Source: Candidatus Latescibacterota bacterium (GTDB lineage: Bacteria > Latescibacterota > UBA2968 > UBA8231). From it: 64,000 nucleotides of DNA. A program made the translations under genes and the position numbers. Under the pieces are notes generated by a model. It saw only the letters and a program-made list of their open reading frames with translations, searched no databases and was not told the DNA's origin. How positions within the stretch are numbered: the first letter of the stretch is position 1; every line of letters begins with the position of its first letter. Positions 45,944 through 57,165 of this stretch are shown here, piece after piece. Location: NCBI GenBank assembly GCA_965204725.1, contig OZ242005.1, positions 4,512,001 through 4,576,000 of the forward strand. Reading direction: 5' to 3'.

Positions 45944-46490
45944 GGTTTTTCTCCAGAGAAAGGGGATTTATAAAATCATCCTGTTGACCAACCTGTTGAC
46001 CAACTTGTTAGATGCTTTGCAACGCTGGTCAATGGATTATCGGTCGACGATCAGGGCATGTCCACGAACACTTCCATCCTATCCCTCCACAAGGATAGGA
46101 TATAAAGAGCCACTGACCTCGCATGGTGCCAAGCCATGTCTCCATCTCGTACAGTAACGGGAAGTCCTGCCTATTTGCTGGGCGTCAGGGAGCCTCCCCT
46201 GTGCCGAGAAAGGCTATTTTATTCAGCAAGTGACCCGACAGAGCGGGCACTACGCTTAATGGAGACCGTGAAATAAAAAAGAACATATTCCGCCCTTGTC
46301 AACCAAAAAATTGCTCTATATAAACGCGGCATAAACGCGGCGTACTGTTCGGCTGCCTGCATACAATTAGGATATAACACAGGGAAGCACAGCATGAACA
46401 CAAAAAGGCCCCGACAGTAGAAATACCATCGGGGCCTTCGCTTTCGCCAATCATGTACATGATCGGCTGCTGGTTTACGTGAGAGCGTCC

Positions 46491-47360
46491 CTACCCCTGC
46501 CACTCCAAATTGATACTCGTGTACCCGTCCGTATAGCGGCGCAAATGCTCGGGTAAGTTAGCCAAAAACCACTGGCCTTCCGCTGGGATTTCCCAAGGCA
46601 CGTCAATGCGATGGCTGCGAGGCCGGAAACCGATGCCGCAAGATAAGCGCGTCTTTTCAATGCGGTTGGGGAATGCGCCGTGATACGTGCGATGGGCGAA
46701 GACGATCATGTCGCCGCCGTTGGTGAAGAGGGGGACGAGGCCGGGGATGTCAAAGCCGTTGTAGGCGCGTTCCTCCGTGCCCTCTGGGTAGAAGGAGCGC
46801 CGGTCGGCCGTCATGCGGAATCCCTCCGGTCCCTCCCAGTCCTCGACGTGGGAATCCTCAATGACGCATAGGCCGCCGTGCTCGGGCCGCGACCCGGTCA
46901 GATAAAACCACTTGCCCGACGGCCACAACCCGCGATTGAGGACATCGCCCGAGTGCTTGATCTCGGTCGAATAGCCGCACCAATCCGTGTGCCACCCCAC
47001 GGGCGCGGAGCCGGTCCGGCGGATGATGGCGGCCGAGCGGTGGATCGTCAGCTCGTCGGTGCCGATTAGGTGCCGGTGAATGTCCATGAAGGGCGCGTAG
47101 TCGAGCACCTCCCAAGCACCTCGGCCAGACTCGATCCAGGCATGCCGCGTACGGCTCTCGCCCGGCTGCAAGGTGCGCTCCGGGTCCGTGCCGTCCCACA
47201 CCGCCTGCTTGAGCTGGGCGACGATCTCCGGCGGCAGCACGTCTTTGATCACGGCGAAGCCGTGCGCCTCCAAGCATTGGTCCATCGCGTCGAGCTCGTC
47301 GGTGGCAAACTCATAGCGATAGCCCAAGTCCGGCTTCTGAATGTGCAAATAGTCTTCCAT
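46491..47360 (-). CDS. phytanoyl-CoA dioxygenase (PhyH) family protein, canonical HxD
   Basis: HGFAVIKDVL, WHTD, GGLCVIEDSH, GDMIVF...TYHG; AAGGAGG RBS. Confidence 0.87.
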   Translation of the reverse strand: MEDYLHIQKPDLGYRYEFATDELDAMDQCLEAHGFAVIKDVLPPEIVAQLKQAVWDGTDPERTLQPGESRTRHAWIESGRGAWEVLDYAPFMDIHRHLIGTDELTIHRSAAIIRRTGSAPVGWHTDWCGYSTEIKHSGDVLNRGLWPSGKWFYLTGSRPEHGGLCVIEDSHVEDWEGPEGFRMTADRRSFYPEGTEERAYNGFDIPGLVPLFTNGGDMIVFAHRTYHGAFPNRIEKTRLSCGIGFRPRSHRIDVPWEIPAEGQWFLANLPEHLRRYTDGYTSINLEWQG

Positions 47361-47385
47361 CGTTTCCTCCTTACAAGTGCCCGTG

Positions 47386-48921
47386 TTAGAAGCGCTGCGC
47401 CTCGGCACCGTCTGCAAGCGCTAGTTCGTAGCAGGCGGCTTCGCTATCCGTGCGCACCAACAGATAGGGCGCGGCAAGGGCTGGGGGATTCCAAGTTTTG
47501 CCCGCAAAGGCCGTCATGCGCGCCAGTTCTACGGGGCGGTCGGGGCGGGCCTCGACCAGCACCACGTCGCCCGATTCGCTCATTATTAGCAGGATGTCGT
47601 CTATCAGGATGAGTTGGCCGTGACCATAGCGACCGCGCTTCCAGCGACGCTTGCCGTCTTGCGGGTCGAGGCAGACCAGCACCCCATCGTCGAGGCCATA
47701 GACAAAACCATCGCGATAGACCATGTTGGCAAATTTGGCCTTGAGCCGGGGGCTTTTCCAGACGAGATCACTCGTCAAGCCGCCGTCGGGCGAGGCCTGC
47801 ACTTGATACAGTTTGGCACCAATGCCGTAGCCGGTGGAAGCCAAAACCCGGTCCCCGGGCAAGAGCAGGGGGTTGGCAATGCACTCGACCTGATCCCAAG
47901 GCTGGTGCCAGAGGGGAATTCCGCTGTGCGGGTCGTGCGCGACGACGCTGTGGTTGTTGAAGATCAAGATCTGCTCGCGGCCCGCCAAAGTGACCAACTG
48001 CGGCGAGCTAAAGCCAGCCTTGTCCGCGCCCCCGCCCCAGACAAACGCGCCGCTTTGGCGGTGATAGGCCACCAGCGAGCGCTCAGCCGGGCCTCCGGCA
48101 CTTACCACGACCAAGGAGTCGAGGACCAGCGGTGAACAGCTAATGCCCCAGACATGCGCCTCGGCCTCGTTGTCGGCGAGGATGTCCTGCGCCCAAATCA
48201 GGGCACCGCTGGCCAGATCCAAGCAGTTGAGGATACCCGTAGCACCCAGCGTGAAAACGCGGTCTCCGGCGATAGTGGGCGTAGCACGCGGGCCGATACC
48301 GGCGATGACGGTCTCGTAGCGGGTCGAATCGGCGTGGTGCCAGAGCTTGCGGCCGGTCGCCAAGTCGTAGCAGACGACCTGCTCCTCGGGACCGTGCTGC
48401 TCCTGCGTTACGGCCCGGTCGCCGACAACGGCAAAGGAGGACCAAGCGGCACCGACCGAGCGACGCCAGACCTCGCGCGGCGGGTGCTGGGTCCAGTCGC
48501 GCTCGAGGGGGACGCCGCGGAGGCGATTGTCGCGCTCGGGGCCGAGAAATTGCGGCCAATCGCGGGCGTTGAGTGCGGTTGCGTCCCCGCCGGCAATGGC
48601 GGCTTCGTCTTGGGTACTCCAGCGCCATTCGAGGATCGGTATGAAGTCGCCGCTCAGCCCCTTGATGCGAAAACACCCGATTCCAAGCGCGACGACGAGG
48701 ACGAGGCCACCGAAATAGCACAGCCGCCGTCTCCAAGCCAGCCGCGACGCGAAGAGCAACCAGAGCACCGCAAAAAACGCGGCGAGCATGGAGACGGCCA
48801 TGGTGCGCATAACCTGTTGCTGGCGGTGTGGAGCTTCGGGCAACCAGATCAGCAGGAGTGCCAGAACGATGCCGCCGCCGAGCAGATAGAGGGGCCATAA
48901 GCGAGGGCTAGCTGAGGACAT
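47386..48921 (-). CDS. membrane-anchored PQQ-binding-like (BamB-type) beta-propeller repeat protein
   Basis: Three N-terminal TM helices, DWPQFLGP.R, GPRATPTI, repeated CLD..G...W blades. Confidence 0.85.
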   Translation of the reverse strand: MSSASPRLWPLYLLGGGIVLALLLIWLPEAPHRQQQVMRTMAVSMLAAFFAVLWLLFASRLAWRRRLCYFGGLVLVVALGIGCFRIKGLSGDFIPILEWRWSTQDEAAIAGGDATALNARDWPQFLGPERDNRLRGVPLERDWTQHPPREVWRRSVGAAWSSFAVVGDRAVTQEQHGPEEQVVCYDLATGRKLWHHADSTRYETVIAGIGPRATPTIAGDRVFTLGATGILNCLDLASGALIWAQDILADNEAEAHVWGISCSPLVLDSLVVVSAGGPAERSLVAYHRQSGAFVWGGGADKAGFSSPQLVTLAGREQILIFNNHSVVAHDPHSGIPLWHQPWDQVECIANPLLLPGDRVLASTGYGIGAKLYQVQASPDGGLTSDLVWKSPRLKAKFANMVYRDGFVYGLDDGVLVCLDPQDGKRRWKRGRYGHGQLILIDDILLIMSESGDVVLVEARPDRPVELARMTAFAGKTWNPPALAAPYLLVRTDSEAACYELALADGAEAQRF

Positions 48922-48924
48922 GAG

Positions 48925-49998
48925 TTAGACGCCGCCGGTGACGGTCTCCAAGCGGATCCAATCGCCGCTGGCGACCGAGCGAGCAATGGCGGCCATGGCC
49001 CGCATCGCGTGGGTTCCATCCTCCACATCGGCCCCCAGTTGGGGCGCGCCGCGGAGGACGACATCGGCAAAACCTTCGAGCTGGAGTCGGTAGAAATGCG
49101 CGTCGGCCCCCAGCGGCCGGCGATATTGACCATCGTGCGTGGAGAAGCATTCGACATCGCTGGATTTCAAAAACCACGGCAGGTAGGTTTTGCCGACGAC
49201 GCTGCCGTGCTCTCCGTAGATGTGAAAGCCCTCGTGGTAGTCCATGCGCACGGCGACCGTCAGGTCGAGATGCCCTTGGCCGCCATTTGCAAACTCCACT
49301 TCGACAAACCAAGAATACGCCCCAAACATCTCCTTGCGCCGGCCGCGCACGGCCACGAGCGGGCCGCCTAAAAAATGGGCTATGTCGATGAGATGCGAGC
49401 CGTGGGTCAGCATGAAGTAACGCCGCTTGTCGCCCTTGGGATCGCCCGCTGGCCGGCGCGCCTGATCGCTGTGCAGGGGCAGGGGCTGGAGGTTGTCGGT
49501 CATGGTGTAGCGATAGGTCGAATCGCAATACCAAGCCTTCAGGGCCAAGAGCGACCCCATCTCCTCGCGGATGAACTGCCGAGCAAAAGCAATCCCAGGG
49601 TCAAACCGCTTCATGTGCCCTACTTGGAGCTTGCACCCCGAGTCGGCGACCGCTCGGCGCAGGGTTTCGCACTCTTCCACGCTGGTCCCCAGCGGCTTTT
49701 CCACAAAGACGTGTTTGCCAGCCGCCAACGCCTGCAAGCTGAGCGGAACGTGAAACGAATCGGCCGTGGCGATGATGATCGCTTCCACCTGCCGGTCCGC
49801 GAGCATGTCGGCAAAATCGGCGTAGGTTTTCTCCGGTTGGTGAACGGCCGCCATGCGCTCGACCAAGTCCGGCGCTTGGTCGCAGAGCGCGTACAGGCGC
49901 GTATTGCGGCCCTTGATGCACGACTCAAAGTGGGCGAATTGGGCGATGGGGCCGCAGCCCAACACGCCGATGGACAGGACTTGGCTATCTTTGTTCAC
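48925..49998 (-). CDS. Gfo/Idh/MocA family oxidoreductase
   Basis: GVLGCGPIA, GKHVFVEKP, RFDP, HGSHLID. Confidence 0.9.
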   Translation of the reverse strand: MNKDSQVLSIGVLGCGPIAQFAHFESCIKGRNTRLYALCDQAPDLVERMAAVHQPEKTYADFADMLADRQVEAIIIATADSFHVPLSLQALAAGKHVFVEKPLGTSVEECETLRRAVADSGCKLQVGHMKRFDPGIAFARQFIREEMGSLLALKAWYCDSTYRYTMTDNLQPLPLHSDQARRPAGDPKGDKRRYFMLTHGSHLIDIAHFLGGPLVAVRGRRKEMFGAYSWFVEVEFANGGQGHLDLTVAVRMDYHEGFHIYGEHGSVVGKTYLPWFLKSSDVECFSTHDGQYRRPLGADAHFYRLQLEGFADVVLRGAPQLGADVEDGTHAMRAMAAIARSVASGDWIRLETVTGGV

Positions 49999-50377
49999 GC
50001 GCTTTTTGTGGGCAAAATGGCGTAGGCTTCAATCTCGACGACGAGGTGCGGCTTTAGCAGCGCGGCGACGACGACCAAGGTCGAGGCCGGCAAAATCTCG
50101 CCAAACGCCTCGCCGTGAGCGCGGGTGACGCCAGCGGCATGGGCCGTGTCCGTGATGTACACGACCGTCCGCACCACATCGCCGAGGCTAGCACCGGCCT
50201 CGGCGAGGGCCTTGGCGATGATCTGCAATGCGCCCTTGGCCTGTTCGTAGGCATCTCCTTGGTCGTAGGGCGGCTGAGCGCAGGTGCCGGCGACGTGGAC
50301 ATGCCGACCGAGGCGCACAGCGCGCGAATAGCCAAACTCCGCGCCGAACGCGCTGCCAGTCTCTATGTTTTTGCGTT

Positions 50378-50381
<4 letters not shown>
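49995..50381 (-). CDS. RidA family protein
   Basis: GYSRAVR, DVVRT, PASTLV, VEIEAYA. Confidence 0.9.
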
Positions 50382-52303
<1,922 letters not shown>

Positions 52304-52400
52304 AACTTGGTATAATTACGGAAAATCAGCGGTAATGGGCTACTCTGCTACTCGCTGGTTCGCCATCTTCTCAGCTTACCTTTCTCCCAAGGAGCCTCCC

Positions 52401-53189
52401 ATGAACGCAGACGACAAATACCTCTTTGACCTGACGGGCTATTTGGTCCTCCGAGCCGTGTTGACCGCCGCGGAGGTGGCCCAGCTCAACGCCGGCATCG
52501 ACCGCCACCGCGATCATATCAGCGAGATCGACCGATCGCTGTCCGGCGACTCGCCCGCGCTGCAAGGCACCTCGCGGCGCAAGGACTTAGGCGGCATGCT
52601 CGCTTGGGAGCGTCCCTATTGCGAGCCGTTCCGCAAGCTGCTGATCCATCCCAAGGTCAAGCCCTATCTCGAAGAGATTTTGGGCCGGGGGTATCGCCTC
52701 GACCACGGGCCGGGGCTGATCGCCATGGACGCGGGTTGCGAGGGCGGGCTTTTGCACGGCGGCGGGGTCGAGCGCCGGGATATATCGGAGGCGTATTTCT
52801 TTAAGAACGACCGCATCTACACCGGGCTGACCGTGGTTGAGTATCTGCTGGCCGACGAAGGGCCGGGCGACGGAGGCGTGGCGGTGATACCGGGCAGCCA
52901 CAAGGCCAACCTCGCCTGTCCGCAAAGCATGATTCGGTGGGAACAGTACCAAGAGCACGTGCTCGAAGTAAACGGCAAGGCCGGCGACGCCGTGATCTTC
53001 ACCGAGACCTTGACGCACGGGACGCTGCCGTGGACCGCCGAGCACGAGCGGCGGGCACTGCTATACAAATTCAGTCCGGGCACCCTGTCTTACGGCTCGG
53101 GCGCACACCAGACGACATATTCCGAGTACATCGAGGATATGACCGAGGAGGAGCAGGCCGTGATGGAAGCGCCGCACATTAGGCGGTGA
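52401..53189 (+). CDS. phytanoyl-CoA dioxygenase (PhyH) family Fe(II)/2OG enzyme, HGG variant
   Basis: Paralog of 43677-44513; FDLTGYLVL, IPGSHKAN, GDAVIFTE.LTHG, RRALLY; AAGGAG RBS. Confidence 0.88.
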   Translation: MNADDKYLFDLTGYLVLRAVLTAAEVAQLNAGIDRHRDHISEIDRSLSGDSPALQGTSRRKDLGGMLAWERPYCEPFRKLLIHPKVKPYLEEILGRGYRLDHGPGLIAMDAGCEGGLLHGGGVERRDISEAYFFKNDRIYTGLTVVEYLLADEGPGDGGVAVIPGSHKANLACPQSMIRWEQYQEHVLEVNGKAGDAVIFTETLTHGTLPWTAEHERRALLYKFSPGTLSYGSGAHQTTYSEYIEDMTEEEQAVMEAPHIRR

Positions 53190-53336
53190 AGCGACGAGGG
53201 CAGTTCTGAAAATTGCTGTCGCTTTGACCATACAACCGATTTTTGAGATATTGAGCGGTAAAGTGGCGCGAGCAGGTTATATACTCCGCCATCTATTACA
53301 CCATCAACGAGTGAGCAATCCTGAAAAGGAGTTTTT

Positions 53337-54230
53337 GTGATGACTGACAGCATCAGAGATCGTGTTCCAAGCTATCTCGATCTAATAAAACCGACACTTG
53401 CTGCCCTCCATCGGCTTGGGGGCAGTGCTAACAATAGGGAGATCGTCAATCAAGTAATTGAAGATATGGGACTGTCTGATGATATCGTCCAAGTCCCGTA
53501 TCGCGGAAAAGCGAAGCGCGGAAAAGCGAATATGACCGCACTGGAGGACGAATTGGGTTGGGCGAGAACCTACCTCAAAAAGTACGGTTTGATCGATAAT
53601 TCGGAGAGAGGCGTGTGGTCGCTTACTGCTAAAGGGCAGCAAACACAAGACGTTGACCCTCAAGCAGTTCGTGATTTTTACCGCAGCCAGAGCCAGAGAC
53701 GAACTCTCGAACAAGCAGAAGACACCCCAGCCGAAGAAGCCGAAACCTTAACCTTAGCCGAGGAGATCGCTTCTTGGCGTGCAGACTTGCTTGACGCCCT
53801 CCGCAACATGCCTCCCGACGCATTTGAACGATTGTGTCAAAGGCTGTTGCGAGAATCGGGCTTTATTGAAGTTGAGGTCACGGGAAAATCCGGCGATGGC
53901 GGAATCGACGGGCACGGAATAATCCGCCTCGCGGGGCTGATTAGCTTTCCCGTGCTGTTCCAGTGCAAACGCTATAGCGGCAGCGTTGGCGCGAGCGTGG
54001 TCAGAGACTTTCGCGGCGCGATGGTGGGACGGGCGGAAAGGGGCCTTGTCTTGACGACGGGCCACTTCACAACAGAGGCGCAACGAGAAGCCACCCGAGA
54101 TGGGGCGACGCCAATAGACTTGATTGACGGCGAATTGCTAATGGATAAAATGAAAGAACTCGAACTCGGCGTGTCCGTAGAGATGGTCGAGAAAGTGGAA
54201 GTGAAAAAGGACTGGTTCGCGTCGATTTAG
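53337..54230 (+). CDS. mrr: Mrr restriction endonuclease (type IV)
   Basis: Mrr_N (GWARTYLKKYGLIDNSERGVWSLT) plus Mrr_cat (FERLCQRLL, GDGGIDG, QCKRY, VRDFRG, LIDG). Confidence 0.92.
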   Translation: MMTDSIRDRVPSYLDLIKPTLAALHRLGGSANNREIVNQVIEDMGLSDDIVQVPYRGKAKRGKANMTALEDELGWARTYLKKYGLIDNSERGVWSLTAKGQQTQDVDPQAVRDFYRSQSQRRTLEQAEDTPAEEAETLTLAEEIASWRADLLDALRNMPPDAFERLCQRLLRESGFIEVEVTGKSGDGGIDGHGIIRLAGLISFPVLFQCKRYSGSVGASVVRDFRGAMVGRAERGLVLTTGHFTTEAQREATRDGATPIDLIDGELLMDKMKELELGVSVEMVEKVEVKKDWFASI

Positions 54231-54350
54231 CACGGCTATTCAACTCCTGCCGCGAATGGCCCTGTATCCCGCCTTTCCCACTACGTAAACTGCTACCGGA
54301 CTACCCACTATACTGGTTGGTACTCCCGCTAATTCAACCAAAATTTTGGG

Positions 54351-55226
54351 TCAAGCAAGCAATGTCCGCGTCAGAAATTCATCCATCGCTGGAAAGACGG
54401 AGTAAAACTTCTCAAGCACAGGAGTTTCCGCCGGGACTGTCGCGGGAAACTCTATCATTTCCGCTCGACCTAGCAGAGACAGGAGCCGCTCAGCACTTTG
54501 TCGCGGGTGTATTTCATCGTCACCCGGCACGATCATAACCGGGAACGAAATCGAGCGCACATCCTCTTCGGTCAGTCCTGCGGGCCAACTCATCGATAAG
54601 AGGAATGTACCCCATCGACGAATTGTTTTGGCAAACAACTGCGGGTCTATCGCTAAAACGCGCGCTCGATTGTTCGGATTCCGATAGATCGTTTGTGCCA
54701 ACCAAGTGCCTCGTTCAGAGGATTGCCCCTGTAGCTCACCGATCCACGACTCTGTTGACGCATCAATCGCGGCTTGCATCCCTTCCCGTTCCGCTATTTC
54801 TGCAAGACTAAAACAATGCTTATGCACACTGGGGCTAACTAAGGAGGTATCGTCGGTCGGTGCAGAGAATAGAACGAGCGATCTTACATCTTCTGGGTAT
54901 CGATGCGCCATCCAAAGCGATAAACTGCTACCGGCTGACGCGCCCGCGAAACAAGCAGGGCCTAACCCTAAATTCCGCAGGAGTGCATGAAGGTCCTCTA
55001 CGTCCGTCGTCATATAGTTTGGACTGTTCGATAGGGCAACATCAGACGCTCCAAACCCATTGCGTCGATCCCAAATCAGCACGGAGTATTGACGAGAAAA
55101 ATGACCCGCCACCAAGTAACTCAGTTCGTTGCGACCAAAGCGACCCCCTTCCGTCCATACCAGCAACGGCCCTTCACCAAAGACTTCATACACAATGGAC
55201 GCACCGTTTACCGTCATTGTAGGCAT
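54351..55226 (-). CDS. alpha/beta hydrolase
   Basis: WDRRNGFGAS, nucleophile GASAG, GDDEIHP; start uncertain (55244, 55226 or 55217). Confidence 0.82.
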   Translation of the reverse strand: MPTMTVNGASIVYEVFGEGPLLVWTEGGRFGRNELSYLVAGHFSRQYSVLIWDRRNGFGASDVALSNSPNYMTTDVEDLHALLRNLGLGPACFAGASAGSSLSLWMAHRYPEDVRSLVLFSAPTDDTSLVSPSVHKHCFSLAEIAEREGMQAAIDASTESWIGELQGQSSERGTWLAQTIYRNPNNRARVLAIDPQLFAKTIRRWGTFLLSMSWPAGLTEEDVRSISFPVMIVPGDDEIHPRQSAERLLSLLGRAEMIEFPATVPAETPVLEKFYSVFPAMDEFLTRTLLA

Positions 55227-55240
55227 TGATTGCAGGCGGA

Positions 55241-57124
55241 TCACTTAACGCCGCGCAGCAAGAACACGCGGTCGCTGTTGAAGTAGTTGCCAACCCGCTC
55301 GTCGCGGTAAGCACCACCGGCGATTAGCAGGCGGCCGTTGACCGCGGCCGCAGCACCCCAGCTAACCGGCAGGGGCAGGTCGGGGACGCGACGCCACTGA
55401 CCGGTATCCGGCGCGTAGGCAAAAGCCGTCGTCTGGCCGCTAGCGGCCCCTCGTCCTCCCATCACCCAGACGCTGCCATCGAAGGCCGTGCATAGAGGGG
55501 CACTCGGCGGACGCGACGGGTGCTCAACTTGGCTCCAGCTATCCCGCTCAGGATCATAGACGAACAGACCCGGACAATGGGACGAAGGGCCGGCGGCGAT
55601 GTAAATTTTGCCATTCAGAACGCAGCCGCTGGCCTGCGACACAGGGTTAGGCGCGGGGGCGTCAACCCGCCAACTCGTCTCCCCAACCCCAATGCTCAAG
55701 ACCTCTGCGGTCGGGCCTTCGTCGTCGGCACCGCCCACGGCGTACAACCGGCCGTTGACCGCGAGGGCCACTACTTGCCCGGCTTTGCGGGGTAATGGCG
55801 GCCCGAGGCGATAACGCCGCGTGCGAGGATCGAAAATCTCGACGGTCGCTGTCGCCCGCGTCTTGTTGTCGGCGCGGAAGAGTCCTCCTAAAAGCCAGAG
55901 CTCGTCGTCGAGGGCGGCGATACCGGAGTACGCCTTGCCCGGCTCGAGCATGGGCGGCTCCACGCGCCAAGTGCCCGAGGGAATGTGGTAAGACCACACG
56001 TGGTCGAGGTTTACCCACTCCGCCGCTGGCCAGCCGAAGAAGGTCTTGCCCCCGGCGGTGTACAGACGGTCCTCAATGCGGGCAAAGATGTGGTCGTGAT
56101 TGCCCGCTGGCATGGGCGGCTGCTCGTCCCAGTGCTCGTGCCAAAGGCTCTCAAGGTCGGCGAGACGCTGAACCAGCCCCGCCCTCAACACCCAGAGGCT
56201 ACCGGACCGGGCATGCAGCAGCGCCTGCACCGGGCCATCGTCGCCAGCCTGAATCAGCCGCCAAGCCGGTGGGTCGGCGGCGTCCACCGTCAGCTCGCGC
56301 AGGCTGCCATCGGCAAAGCCGACTACGATCTGACCGCCGCCGCGCGCGATCGCAGTGATGCGGGCATCAACGGGGTTAGCAAAGGAGCGATGGGGACCGG
56401 ACGAGCGGGGATCAACGCGCAGGACAGAGGCTTCCAAGGCCACCCAGACGAAGCCAGCGTCGTCGGTGACAGCACCCTGCCAAGAGCCAGCGAGTTGATT
56501 CGCCGGCAGGTCGAGGCGCTGCCAGCCGTGGGGATGTTGGTTCGTCAGAACGGCTATGTCCCGCCGCTGACCGTCCTCGGCGATGGCCCACACGTTGCCG
56601 AAGGGATCGTCGCACACCGGCGTGACCTCCCACCCGGGCGGCGCGGATGGCGCGGGCTCAAACATGGCGTCACCCCGACGCACGGCACCGCACCCAGCGC
56701 ACCAAACATCCCCCCACCGCGTCGCCAGCAACGGCCCGGGAGACCCCTTGAGCAGGAAAGAAGGCGTCCGGGAGACCGGCTCGCCCCCCCGACGCGGGTA
56801 GCGCAAGACCTCGCCATCGAGGGCCATCCACACATCCCCGTCTGGGGCAATCTGTAGGCCGTCAACGCGCCCCTTGCCGAAAACCTCCCAAGCGTTGGCG
56901 TCGTCCGGGGCACTGCGAGCGACGATCCCCCCGGCACCAAGGACGGCGACATAGACCCGACCGTCGCGATCTTCGAGGAGAAGGCCCGGCCCGTCGGGCA
57001 AGCCCTCGTGCAAAGTGTCGGCCGCGGCAAGTCCAGCGGAAATGACCATGAGACAACCTATTCGATAGAGGGATCGGAGTGGGATGGAATTAAGCAGCAT
57101 TGTGACCAGTTTCTCCGTTTGCAA
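55241..57124 (-). CDS. secreted protein with N-terminal regulator-type beta-propeller and C-terminal Kelch repeats
   Basis: N-half DxxGxVW blades; C-half LYTAGG, LWLLGG, LYAVGG, IYIAAG, VWVMGG, LLIAGG Kelch blades; start uncertain. Confidence 0.8.
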   Translation of the reverse strand: MQTEKLVTMLLNSIPLRSLYRIGCLMVISAGLAAADTLHEGLPDGPGLLLEDRDGRVYVAVLGAGGIVARSAPDDANAWEVFGKGRVDGLQIAPDGDVWMALDGEVLRYPRRGGEPVSRTPSFLLKGSPGPLLATRWGDVWCAGCGAVRRGDAMFEPAPSAPPGWEVTPVCDDPFGNVWAIAEDGQRRDIAVLTNQHPHGWQRLDLPANQLAGSWQGAVTDDAGFVWVALEASVLRVDPRSSGPHRSFANPVDARITAIARGGGQIVVGFADGSLRELTVDAADPPAWRLIQAGDDGPVQALLHARSGSLWVLRAGLVQRLADLESLWHEHWDEQPPMPAGNHDHIFARIEDRLYTAGGKTFFGWPAAEWVNLDHVWSYHIPSGTWRVEPPMLEPGKAYSGIAALDDELWLLGGLFRADNKTRATATVEIFDPRTRRYRLGPPLPRKAGQVVALAVNGRLYAVGGADDEGPTAEVLSIGVGETSWRVDAPAPNPVSQASGCVLNGKIYIAAGPSSHCPGLFVYDPERDSWSQVEHPSRPPSAPLCTAFDGSVWVMGGRGAASGQTTAFAYAPDTGQWRRVPDLPLPVSWGAAAAVNGRLLIAGGAYRDERVGNYFNSDRVFLLRGVK

Positions 57125-57165
57125 TGGTACATCTCTTGTTGTTTAAGGCGGTGCCGCTTAGCAGC

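Noticed and set aside
46108-46200. Cobalamin riboswitch (GCCACTG...GGGAAG...GTCAGG)
   Set aside because: The conserved 5' half is not evident, the B12-box match is poor, and no downstream gene lies on that strand.
53190-55240. Direct repeats flanking the mrr / alpha-beta hydrolase AT-rich block
   Set aside because: Looked for duplicated gene ends as in the other two islets and found none by eye.
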